A DNA stretch of 63,530 nt, filler included, from Octopus bimaculoides (GCF_001194135.2; 6 parts of 5 records of this genome joined end to end with filler, not necessarily neighbours in it); one strand, 5' to 3'. Counted from the whole stretch's first letter, positions 22,356 through 34,100 are shown. Made by a program: numbers and translations. Notes: generated by a model not told the origin, from the sequence alone.

Positions 22356-24658
22356 CAAGAAATTAATATAAGCAAAAGAACGAGGAGAACGACAACCGGT
22401 AATTCTCCTAAAATATAATATTTCGGTCCTTTCTGCATGATTTAAAATAGAAATTCTTGGACAACAAACGAAAAGACTAAATAAATAATAAAATTTATTA
22501 ATGCCAAATTAAGTTTTTTTTTTTTTTTTTTTTTTTAAGTTTCAGCTTAGAGCTGCGGCCATGCTAATGCACCACCGTTGTTTTGTTGTTGTTGTTTTTT
22601 GTTTTTTTTGCATGTGAGTAGAGTAATTTATTTTCTGGTGGTTTCTATTTCTCTACACCAATATATGTACACTCCTATATATTCATTTAGTGTTTCTCTC
22701 CTTCCTACATCAACAAGTACGATAAAACCTATGCATTACTGAGAAGGATCAATAAGATCTAAATATGTTCAAAATTGAGCCCTGCACTTGCCGATAGAGT
22801 CAAGGACAAATATTACTTTCTTCCCCTCCGTATTTCCTATATTGTCACTTTCTTAACTGCTGTCCTCACAGCCTACCCATATTTACTTAAACTTGAAGTG
22901 AAATGCCCTGTACAGGAGAGAAGGAAGGGAAAGAGAGGGGGGAGAGAGAGAGAAGAGAGAGTGAAGTGTAGATTTGTGAACTACTGGTCAGTTCGACTTT
23001 GGGTATTTATATGATACTGTTGATAGCTGCGAGCCATGCACCGTTCACACACACATTCTACATACACGCACACGCGGTCACACACACACACAGAGTCAGA
23101 GAGGAAGACAGACAGGCTGAGATTTAATGTACGTATACATATATGCATATATATATATATATATATATTCTTCATTTCTAAGAATTTCATTTACAATGTT
23201 GCTAAAACAATGAGGTATTGGGTTTTGGAAATCGAAACCTTAGATGAATAAATATACAAATAAATGGCTGAATGAATGATGGAATGAATGGATGAGTGAA
23301 TGAATGAATGAATGAACGACGATAGAATAGAATACAAGAAAGACACAGAAAATAAGTATAGCTATGAAGAAGATATGTTGAACAAGAAGACAAACTATTC
23401 AATGATTAGTTTAAATTTGTTCAAATAAGTAGAAACTATTCAATATAAATTGCCAATTAGACATTAAGTATAAATAAAATGAACAAATTTGGATGAACCT
23501 GTGATTATCAATTTACTGTAGCCAATTAACTTTCTTAATTGAGACTCAGGTATTTCTTCCCCATGGTGGTTATTTTATGAGGAAGATAACCGCCATTGCT
23601 ACCACTATGAATAGAAGAAATATTCTATATAATAATATAGTAGTGGGAGGAGTTGTAGTTGTTGTTAATGCTAAAGTAAGCATTAAGTAATAAGTTTAAA
23701 TTTAAGCAGGCATATTAATGTATATTTTTGAAAGCGTTTACACTGATATTCGAAAGCATAGGAACGCATAACTCATCGGCTAAGCGTTTCGTTTGAGCAA
23801 GTTCCGTTTGCTTTCTTTGCTCATGTGTGCCAGTAATGACCTGCAGGACTCGCAACAATGGAACTGAAAACACTTATCACCAAGTTGCTGACTAAGGGTT
23901 TTGTCAATGATTTAACTCTCGTTAGTCATTCTTAGAAATATATTTACAATTGAATTTGTGCTGAATAGAAAATAGTAATAATTAAACACTATCAAGCAAG
24001 TTGCCAATACGATATCAGTATTATCAAGGATAGTTAATGTAAAGTTTAAGAGTTGATTGAAATAAGAGCGCAGTAGGTCATGGGGCGATAGATCACTGTA
24101 AGATTAAACAATATCTGCCCGATTATATATTGAAGGTGCTGCTCTCTGTATAACCTTTTAGTCACCGAGGATAAATTCAGCTTAAACGACGCACAATAAA
24201 TCGATAACTCAGCGTATTAGAAACAATCTATTCTTTGTTAGAGAACCTTCCAGCCAAGAACCTAAAATGAAATACTATCTATTTGCAGAATAAAAAATAA
24301 TAATAATAATAAATACAATAAAAAAGGAAGAAAGAAAATAATGTTTAATAAAAGAAAAGAAAGCTAAAGAAGGAAAAATGTAATGGTAACTTTGAAGTGA
24401 TTTGCAATCTTCTAAGTGCTCCACTACCGGTTTAGATGCGAAATGATGCAAGTCCGGAGTAATTAGGTCGAACTGACAACAATATTTTCGTATCATTGCA
24501 CACTTACTTACAAAGACTAGTCAGTCATCCTAGCATTTCAATGGCTTCGATTCAAAATCTAATTACGAATCACAAGATATAAATTGGTACCCTGCTGGCA
24601 CACTTTTGAAACATTTTATATAAAGATTACTATTTCTATACTTTTTATTTATTTATTC

Positions 24659-24659
<1 letters not shown>

Positions 24660-24719
<60 letters not shown>

Positions 24720-24720
24720 G
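24660..24720. repeat. (ATT)n microsatellite
   Basis: Direct reading. Confidence 0.97.
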
Positions 24721-25320
24721 ACAAGGAAATAACAGTTGCAAATTCGGAATGGAATAGTAATACCGTATAGTTTTCAAACGTTAACAACCGCACAGTAGAC
24801 AATATTAATGCATATGATAAAATTAGAATTTCTCTCAAATAGATCTCTGTATTTTAGAAGTGTTAATAGAATCAAATTGGAAAGATTATCTATTGCCGCT
24901 ATAATTGAATTACGCTAACTTTATGATAGTGTTATCCGTTAAACCTACTGCATGTGGCATTAAGATAACACCTAATTCTTTCTGGTTGCTTCGTTAGTGA
25001 TCGAGGAAGAGATCTGTAGAAATATCAACTAAAGAATGATGCGTCTATTGTGTGTATATATACACGCAACTGTTTATGTATAATATTCGAATATATATGC
25101 ATTAGTTGCATCTATAGCTCTCAATCGATTGTGTATAGCATTAGGCTTTGTGATTTCGAATCCACTTCTATGCGTGGAAGCTTGTGTAAACGTCTTCAAC
25201 TAAACTGTATGCCGACTATTGCCTTGTGAGTGAATTTGGTTGATAGAAACTGTGTGGAAGCCCCTTGCACACATACACATACACACACACAGACAGACAG
25301 ACACAGACACACACACGCAC

Positions 25321-25356
<36 letters not shown>

Positions 25357-26061
25357 CTACGCTGGGTATCTTTCAGTTTCCGACAACCAAATCCACTCAC
25401 AAAGGTTTGGTCAGCCCGAGGCNNNNNNNNNNNNNNNNNNNNNNNNNNNNNNNNNNNNNNNNNNNNNNNNNNNNNNNNNNNNNNNNNNNNNNNNNNNNNN
25501 NNNNNNNNNNNNNNNNNNNNNNNNNNNNNNNNNNNNNNNNNNNNNNNNNNNNNNNNNNNNNNNNNNNNNNNNNNNNNNNNNNNNNNNNNNNNNNNNNNNN
25601 NNNNNNNNNNNNNNNNNNNNNNNNNNNNNNNNNNNNNNNNNNNNNNNNNNNNNNNNNNNNNNNNNNNNNNNNNNNNNNNNNNNNNNNNNNNNNNNNNNNN
25701 NNNNNNNNNNNNNNNNNNNNNNNNNNNNNNNNNNNNNNNNNNNNNNNNATATATACATATATATAACAAGTGTTAAATAAGTATGTGTGGAAAGAGGTTG
25801 TTCTTTCCTAGGGATATTTATACAAACGTACACCGGTTTAACTCCATATCAATTAACGATATTGGAAATTCCAACATGTGCATATGTACTAGTTTTTATC
25901 GTTGGTTCTTCTCCGATATTAGTACTTTACTTTTTTGAAATTCCAGTTGTTGCTATAGATGTTTACATCTTTTCAATATAGGAGACAAATTATAAAAATA
26001 CAAAGAAAATGGAGAATGTATACACAGAATAATCAATATATCTATTATAATAATCAATTCA

Positions 26062-26161
26062 TGTTACCTACACGCGTTTCAGTTTAATTATTTAAATCCA
26101 TATTTATGCAATTGAATTGCATTATGAATTTGAAAAGTCAAAAACATTCGTCAGGACAAAA
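26062..26161 (-). ncRNA. Type I hammerhead ribozyme motif with extended stem II
   Basis: UUUUGUC-CUGACGA-[A(U)GUUU...AAAUUCAUA AUGCAAU UCA AUUGCAU AAA UAUGGAUUU...AAACU]-GAAAC-GCGU-GUA-GGUAACA. Core intact; stem III contains palindrome ACGCGU; 5-bp stem I UUGUC/GGUAA. Predicted cleavage between 26069 and 26068. Confidence 0.65.
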
Positions 26162-26561
26162 ACTCGATGAAGAGTTCATTCCAGTTGAACTGCAGCATGT
26201 GTGCCTTGGATTCTTCTCTAAAAATAGTTAGTGGCTGATTTTGACTTTGGGAAAGGCATATTTCACAAGAACTAGGTCATGTAACTATTCACCCATTTTA
26301 GCGGTGCAAACTAGCTTTTGACATGCTAGTCATTTATCTTTATTTCTATTCAGTATTTCTCTAAACACATTCCTCATTAGCTATAGACATGCCTTTACCA
26401 TTTGTACTATTTATCATGTTCACAATATATATTTATATGTCCTTATTTATTGGTAAAAAAAATCAATCTAGGTATGTACTTAATTGCTACCTTTTACTTA
26501 TTTATGTTTTTGTTTATTTTTATTGTAGCAAGTTATATTAATTGCTGTTAATATGAATTAT

Positions 26562-27060
26562 TTATTTAGATATATTAGTTGATAGTTTGGGTTCTTATTT
26601 ATACTTGTCTATTTAATTATTTGTATAGAAGTATGATTCTAATTTATCATACACACAGTGTTTATTTTTTTTACCTAAAATCGTTTAAATACAAAGAAAG
26701 TGTATCTAACTTTAAGAGCTAAAGTATTATTGTATTATCCATGCAGTGTTTATTTAAAATTCAACAAATGTATACTTTTAACTTCATAAACAAACAATGA
26801 GCCCCCTTCCCTTCTTATTATTAGTATAACTTATTTAGATATATTAGTTGATAGTTTGGGTTCCTATATTATTCGTCTATTTAATTAATAGTGTAGAAGC
26901 ACGATTCTTATGCATCATATACATGGTGTTTAATTTTTAATTAAAACTATTTAAGTTCAACGAATTATTTGTATGTAAAATTGTATTATTCCCATAGTTT
27001 CTATTTAATTATATTCATCTCAGTTTATTCAAATTCATTTCATGTATATTTAACTCTGTG
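26562..27060. repeat. Diverged tandem duplication, period about 269 nt
   Basis: ttatttagatatattagttgatagtttgggttc starts at both 26562 and 26831, and similarity continues for more than 150 nt. Confidence 0.8.
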
Positions 27061-27109
27061 CACACAACAAAAACCTTTCTCTCTTATTTAATAATTTGTG
27101 TTTTAATGT

Positions 27110-27655
27110 AGGAATTTGATAAATTTCCTCTACGCAGAATTCACATCTTTTGTTCCCCGGCCATTTATTTCCTATCTACGTGTATATTCCCTAGTTCTTA
27201 TCCTTAATCGCCCACATTAGTTTACTAAGACTAGTGCTTGCTTCTTTTCTCATATTCCTAAAGGTGTTTTCATTGTTCGCGATCCTTCATTTTATAAAAT
27301 TTTCAGTAGAACCTATATGGTAGTAATCCTTTCCCTCCTATGTTACCTTACGCCCGTATATAACACCTTTTTCTCTACAAAAATTTCTTAATGGATATCG
27401 ATCTTGTTTGGTACAATTACAGGTTTTATTTTTAGTAGCATTCCTAATTTCCTTACCAGATGTGCTCCGCTTGTATACTATGTCTTCTGAATTGCTCTCG
27501 TTATACTTATTTAAAAGGCTGGGAATCCTAACTATTAACTTATCCGTTTTTTCATTGCTATCACCTATCTTAATTTCTATATTGTTTACTTTAGCACGAT
27601 CGTTGCTACTATTATGAACACCAGCATTTATATTTGTATTAATAGTGTTTGTATT
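27110..27655 (-). mobile_element. Penelope-like element GIY-YIG endonuclease domain (pseudogene)
   Basis: Translation ...KTCNCTKQDRYPLRNFCREKGVIYGRKVT*EGKDYYHIGSTENFIK*RIANNENTF...STSLSKLMWAIKDK, then after a frameshift KWPGNKRCEFCVEEIYQI. Shows the CNC linker, VIY and (Y)IG motifs, RxxxH position and C-terminal CxxC typical of PLEs. Missing from the ORF track. Confidence 0.85.
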
Positions 27656-27659
27656 TAGA

Positions 27660-27664
27660 TAGTC

Positions 27665-27724
<60 letters not shown>
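27660..27724. repeat. (GATA)n microsatellite abutting the PLE fragment's 5' junction
   Basis: Direct reading. Confidence 0.97.
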
Positions 27725-27999
27725 CGTATATGAAAAATATACCCATAGATAATGGATCTTATATATTTATTTTCATTAAGGCTCACATATATTTCTGATA
27801 CATGTTAGAGCAGTCAGATTCGATAGGTCAATCGTATTAATTAATTCATCGATATTCGATCAACTAAAAAAAAAAAACACTGAACAGTCCCACACCGAGC
27901 GACAAGAAAACTAGGTATTCTATTTTAAGTAAGTATCTAACCAGTAATATACAAGCAACTGGGAAGAGAAGCAGCATTTGCGGTAGGTATCAAAGAATA

Positions 28000-28978
28000 C
28001 TTTAGTGTTAACAGCATATTTAATTACTTCGAATATTTTTCCTAATTATATTTACAATTTCATCACTATAAATTATTTAAAATTTTCAAATTATTCTTTA
28101 TTTAATGTATTAATCTCGCCCTCTTTTTAGTTTTCCTTCTGTTACTATCTTAGATTATATTATGGTTTCTCTATGAATTCTGTTTATCTGTATTGTTTAT
28201 TGGAAGCCGATTATCTTCATATATAGTGAATAGCGAATCGTTCTTTCCATTTAGATAACTCAACAAGTTTTTATTCAATGTTTTTTCGTTATAACATATA
28301 AATACTTCCCCACTTCTGATGTTTCAAAACTTAGTAGTAATTTTCTATAAAACGTTCCCTGTTGTCAGCTAAAAACCTCAACAATTTAGGAAGATATCAG
28401 ATTTCAATTTTTTTCATGGTCGGCCTCACAATTCTCTGATACGTACTGCTATCACTGTTTCCCTTCCCTGTTGCTTGTCTATCACTGGTCAGATAGTTGC
28501 TTAAAATAGATGACAGTACAAATTTGGTTAAATTCTTTTCGGTTGGCCGTCAGTTTATTGTAGCTATTGGGAAGATGACGGTGTCGGACTTCAGTCGATT
28601 ATGAAAATAGACCACCCCAAGATTTATCGGAAATATATATATGGCTTAATAAAAATGAATGTCTAAAATCCATTATCTATGTGTATTTTCTATATCATTT
28701 CGTACCCATATACCAACTTCCCTTGGCAACCATACCACGGTTTAACAAATTTGTCTGGTGACAGCTTGATGAATTCAGAATAGCCCGATTACTAAATATT
28801 TCACAAGACATATCTGTTAAACTAGTGTATTTTCATATACAGAGAACGTATAGAGTATTTCTCCTGGATTGTCAATCCTTTTTACTTTGATATTCGACTT
28901 GCTTTTAATTATTAATTTTTCTATATGTGATAGTGGATTTTCATCGATGAGTTCTTGAAAATTGGTTATTTTCCCTAA

Positions 28979-28983
<5 letters not shown>
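28000..28983 (-). mobile_element. Probable PLE terminus and decayed N-terminal ORF region
   Basis: Begins with the terminal motif tagttttagggaaaataacc...ctcatcgatgaaaatccactatcacatatagaaaaatt, also found at 49128, 49378 and 50395. A decayed frame follows (LPKLLRFLADNRERF...HQKWGSI). PLE assignment is by context. Confidence 0.45.
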
Positions 28984-29016
<33 letters not shown>

Positions 29017-29086
29017 GCATACATACATACATACATACATACATGCATTACATCCATACATAAATACATACATCCATACATACACA

Positions 29087-29578
29087 CAGGGGTTGGATAA
29101 AATAATGGAAACACCTTAAAATTTCAAACAAATTTATTTGAATATGGGGTAGGAACGCTTTTGGCAGTAATTACAGCTTGAATTCCACGAAGTATGTACT
29201 CGTACAAAGTTTGAATTGTTTCTAAAGGAATTTGTGACTATTCTTCAACTAAAACAGTCTCCACGTCTTGTAGTGATATTGCTGGAAGATATCGATTCTT
29301 TACTTGTTTTTCTAAACTGCACCATAAATGTTCGATGATATTGAGATCTGGGGCCTGTGGTGGCCAGATAAGATGTTCAACTTCACTAGAATGTTCTTCT
29401 TGCCATTCAGTAACAACTTTAACTGTGTGAATTGGTGCATTATCATCCTGAAAGATTGCGTTTCCACCCGGAAACAATTCCGCAACCAGAGGATGATCAG
29501 ATAAAATGCTTAAATAGTCTTGACTATTAATTCTGCCATGAAGGGAAACCATTGAGCCGGCGGATTTCCAAGATATGC
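29087..29578 (-). mobile_element. Tc1-family DNA transposon 3' half with DD36E transposase fragment and right TIR
   Basis: ISWKSAGSMVSLHGRINSQDY...FQDDNAPIHT...WPPQAPDLNIIEHLW...EE*SQIPLETIQTLYE...AKSVPTPY. There are 36 residues between the second catalytic D and E. TIR caggggttggataaaataatggaaacacc starts at 29087. Confidence 0.92.
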
Positions 29579-29678
29579 NNNNNNNNNNNNNNNNNNNNNN
29601 NNNNNNNNNNNNNNNNNNNNNNTTAATTAATTAANNNNNNNNNNNNNNNNNNNNNNNNNNNNNNNNNNNNNNNNNNNN
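29579..29678. other. Artificial scaffold spacer N44-TTAATTAATTAA-N44
   Basis: Same 100-nt structure. Confidence 0.95.
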
Positions 29679-29689
29679 ATCACCATCTT

Positions 29690-30160
29690 AATTATCATCA
29701 CCACCGTCACCACCCTCCTTATTTTCTTTCTCCTCATCACCGCCGCCACCGCCGCCGCCGCCACAACCACCACCACCATCATCTACACCGCGCACGACTA
29801 ACACACCATGACTACTACCACAACTACTAGTACTAGCACCGACGCTACCACCACAAACGACTGACAATAGCACTACCACCTGTGTCACCCATACCAACAT
29901 TACCATCAATACAGCCACCACTACCGTCATGAGCAGCATCACCACCACCACATCAATTAGCACCACACACCACCCCTCCCACCACAACTACCAACACTAC
30001 TACTACTACTATTACTACTACCACAACCACCATCATTACTATTACTACCACCACCACAATTACTACTACTACTACTACTACCACCACCACCACCACCACC
30101 ACTACCACTATTACTACCACCACCACCACCACCATCACTACTACTACTACTACTACTACA
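29690..30160. repeat. (ACC)/(ACT)-rich low-complexity tract
   Basis: Degenerate trinucleotide repeats; they produce the poly-H/Y/V/G ORFs. Confidence 0.9.
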
Positions 30161-30367
30161 TTCCACTGCTAACGCATCCTCTTGTCCCATTCCGCCAACC
30201 ACCACCAGAGTCACCCTTACCTTTATGTAACTATAATAATTGTTATATATTTGTTGATTTTGTTTTTTAATTAGCTTTTATTAGTTACCATGACAACGTT
30301 TACGTTAATGAGACGAAAATTTCAGAGAAAATGAAATCATACACACGATTACACTCCACATTCAAAA

Positions 30368-30416
<49 letters not shown>

Positions 30417-31541
30417 CTCTCTCTCTCTCTCTCTTTCACACGCACGCACACTAGTATATGTATGTGGTGAATGTATAAGTATTTATGTGGGTGTGTATAT
30501 ATACATACATCCATCCATCCATACATATATATATATATATACATACACATANNNNNNNNNNNNNNNNNNNNNNNNNNNNNNNNNNNNNNNNNNNNNNNNN
30601 NNNNNNNNNNNNNNNNNNNNNNNNNNNNNNNNNNNNNNNNNNNNNNNNNNNNNNNNNNNNNNNNNNNNNNNNNNNNNNNNNNNNNNNNNNNNNNNNNNNN
30701 NNNNNNNNNNNNNNNNNNNNNNNNNNNNNNNNNNNNNNNNNNNNNNNNNNNNNNNNNNNNNNNNNNNNNNNNNNNNNNNNNNNNNNNNNNNNNNNNNNNN
30801 NNNNNNNNNNNNNNNNNNNNNNNNNNNNNNNNNNNNNNNNNNNNNNNNNNNNNNNNNNNNNNNNNNNNNNNNNNNNNNNNNNNNNNNNNNNNNNNNNNNN
30901 NNNNNNNNNNNNNNNNNNNNNNNNNNNNNNNNNNNNNNNNNNNNNNNNNNNNNNNNNNNNNNNNNNNNNNNNNNNNNNNNNNNNNNNNNNNNNNNNNNNN
31001 NNNNNNNNNNNNNNNNNNNNNNNNNNNNNNNNNNNNNNNNNNNNNNNNNNNNNNNNNNNNNNNNNNNNNNNNNNNNNNNNNNNNNNNNNNNNNNNNNNNN
31101 NNNNNNNNNNNNNNNNNNNNNNNNNNNNNNNNNNNNNNNNNNNNNNNNNNNNNNNNNNNNNNNNNNNNNNNNNNNNNNNNNNNNNNNNNNNNNNNNNNNN
31201 NNNNNNNNNNNNNNNNNNNNNNNNNNNNNNNNNNNNNNNNNNNNNNNNNNNNNNNNNNNNNNNNNNNNNNNNNNNNNNNNNNNNNNNNNNNNNNNNNNNN
31301 NNNNNNNNNNNNNNNNNNNNNNNNNNNNNNNNNNNNNNNTATATATATATATATATATATGCACGCACACACACACACACATATATATTCTTTAAGTTCG
31401 TTTATGGGAAACGTTTTTGAACGCGCTCATAGAAAGCTGCTCTACTACTTTTTCCGGTTACCGCTTATTGTTCCGATCTTCCAGAGTAATTTTATGGAAT
31501 GGTTATTAGTCTGGTGCCGCTAAAGCGGAGGGTGAATATTA

Positions 31542-31756
31542 GTAATAACGAGAACTTTTGGATGGAAATTCATAAATTCTTTAATGCATTGCTACGTACG
31601 TTTCCACAAAGCACATGTTTCTGGGAGTTACATTCCCCATCCATAGGACATTACAGATGTGAGAGGAGTGCAGCCAAAAGCATGTGCCTTGCGGAAATGT
31701 ACGTAGCAATGCATTAAAGAATTTATGAATTTCCATACAAAAGTTCTCCTTATTGC
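31542..31756. mobile_element. TA-flanked MITE with ~83-nt TIRs (near-palindrome)
   Basis: The arms differ at about 8 positions by eye and enclose a ~50-nt spacer; TA at 31540-31541 and 31757-31758. Confidence 0.85.
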
Positions 31757-32214
31757 TATGTGTATAGACACATACATACATACATACATACATACGCGCA
31801 CATACACACATACACGCGCGCATACACATGCATATATATACATACTTACACTCATATATATAATTTATATATATATATATGTGTGTGTGTATGTGTGTGT
31901 GTGTGTGTGAGTGTATGTCTGGCATGTTTATGTAAAATAGAGATGACACAAATATGTGTAAGGCTTGGAAAGTGTAGGTTTTGCTTCTATATTCTTATTA
32001 CTATATGTGTGCATATAAATGCAAGTGGTAGATGGTGTTGTTGGTGGTGGTGGTATGTGTGTGTGTGTGGGGGGGGGAGTGAAGTGGAAAACTAGATTTT
32101 TAGTGAAAAGGCGTTGGGAATTTAGACCGTTGGGACCCGAATTCTGGAGCGTAAAAGTTAACTACCTTTCCAGACGGAGATGGAAGTCCGGAAGAGCCCC
32201 TGTGCAAAACCAGT

Positions 32215-33000
32215 ATATTTAAGGCAGTAAGCAGACAGAATCGTTAGCACGTCTGGTGAAATGTTTAGCGGCATTTCTTCCTGCATTACTTTCCGATTTC
32301 AAATTCTGTCGAAGTCGACTTTACCTTTAATCCCTGAAATGTCAATAGAATAAAGCAGTGGTTCCCAAACTTTTTAGAGACGCGACCCACTATTTATGAC
32401 ACCAGTTTATGGTGACCCACTTAACTCTACTGGGTAAAAACATTCATGAAAGAAGCAAATTTATTTCAGATTACATTTTCATTGAGGCCCGTGAGAAGGC
32501 CTCATTTATATTAAATGTGAAACAAAACGTTTTATAACTGTTTCAACGTCTCCATACCCTATGGGCAGGTATTAACTCTAATACAAAACCGCGAAGCAGT
32601 AACTGTTATCGGTTCGATCAGTATTGTAATGCGCCTAGTTAAAGTTCTCTATAAATAGGTAAAAACAGACTTTTCCTTTTTACGATTACGTACGAATAAA
32701 TAACTTGAGAAAATGACCACCTCTGATTTGCTAAGTTCGTGAAAAAAAGCCTACTGCTTGATAAAACAACCAGTCTGGTATTGAAAACACGAGTCTATCT
32801 CGATAGACAGCAGTTAATCAAAGCTAATGCGTAATTTTATAACTTTTTGCGACCCACTAGGATTCCGTTTGCGACCCATCAGTGGGTCGCGACTCATAGT
32901 TTGGGAACCACTGGAATAAAGTATCTGTTGCGACTTGACTCCACTCCAAAATTTGAAGCTTTGTGTCAACAGTAGAAAGATATATATTTATATCTTTCTA
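32215..33000 (+). mobile_element. SINE family B interrupted by a hAT MITE
   Basis: Head and centre at 32215-32355 resume at 32914. Confidence 0.7.
32356..32913. mobile_element. Non-autonomous hAT (Charlie-like) element, 558 bp
   Basis: 15-bp perfect TIR cagtggttcccaaac; 8-bp TSD gaataaag at 32348-32355 and 32914-32921; subterminal gcgaccca repeats at both ends. Confidence 0.93.
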
Positions 33001-33044
33001 TAAAAGATATATTGACAAAGATAATTTTATACATATATTGAACT

Positions 33045-33242
33045 CAAATTTTGGCACCTGGCCAGAAATTCGGGAGGAGGAGTTAAGTCGATTACGTTCA
33101 CCCCAGTGCTCAATTGGTACTTATTTATCTTATCAATCTCGAATGGATGAAAGGTTAAGTAGAATCTGAACTCAGAATGTGAAATCGGACGAAATGCCGT
33201 AAAGCATTTTGCTAACGATTTTACCAGCTCGTTACCTTATTT
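33045..33242 (-). mobile_element. SINE family B
   Basis: Reverse complement of the family B consensus. Confidence 0.75.
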
Positions 33243-33379
33243 GTACATATATATATATTACAATGATATTGCACGAAGTTCACTGTAAGGCTCTCTCTTT
33301 CTCCCTCTCTCTCTCTCTCTCAGTAAACACGTGTATATTTATTTTAACACGCTCTTCCTGTATACCAGAAAGGCATTCG

Positions 33380-34100
33380 GTATGAGATTTTATTTCAGTT
33401 GAAAAGATTTTCTCTATTAGACGTGTGGATAAAAACCACGTCGAGCCGAACCACAAATGTTCGCCATTGCTTCGTATGTTCATACTAAACTTGCGTGCGT
33501 GTGTGTGTGTGTGTGTATGTGTGTGTGTGTGCGCGTCTGTCTGTGTATGTGTGTGTATGTGTGTGTGAGTGTGTGTAGGTGTGGTGCAATTTCTATTAAT
33601 TGTAAAGCAAGTGTGTAAAACTGAAAAAATTAAATTGAATTAGTTAAACGAATTTAATTGTTGACATGTACTGGTACACGTCCAAGTTTATCCATTGTTC
33701 GCTGGAGTTTCGTTTCGTCGGGTTTCGTTTCGTTTGGTAATTGTATTTATATAATCTTGTTATGCTCAAAACAGCAATGTGAGGGTGTGTATGTGTGTGC
33801 GTGAATGTGTGTGTCTAAGTGTGAATAAATATATTCTCATTAATACAGATTCAATTCTTTCTGTAAAACAACTGAAATCACGAGTTGCTTCCACCGAAAA
33901 GCCAACATATCTCTACATTTTATAATGGCATAAACTGGAATAAGCGTTGTGTTCGCTGCTGCACAGCCACGCACGGACAGTCGGCTAGAGAGACGGACGT
34001 AAGCAAACGCGCGTAATTGACATATGTGCTATGGTGAAGAGGAGCAGGCGCGCTACGCCGCCCCCACCACCACCACCACCACCACCACACGCACGTATGC
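33380..34100. promoter_or_regulatory. CpG-rich unique region, possible promoter or 5' UTR
   Basis: Dense CpG (gcgcgctacgccgccc, acgcgcg, gtcgagccg) in non-repeat sequence, plus (TTTCG)n-like repeats near 33700-33735. Confidence 0.35.

Larger units (their letters stand above)
25780..27110 (-). mobile_element. PLE 3' UTR / pLTR region downstream of the GIY-YIG domain
   Basis: Continues from the GIY-YIG fragment and contains a ~269-nt tandem duplication and a hammerhead at 26062-26161. Confidence 0.55.

Noticed and set aside
28525-28555. Minus-strand CUGACG-GCCAACC-GAAA
   Set aside because: A9 is missing and stem II does not pair; at most a relic.
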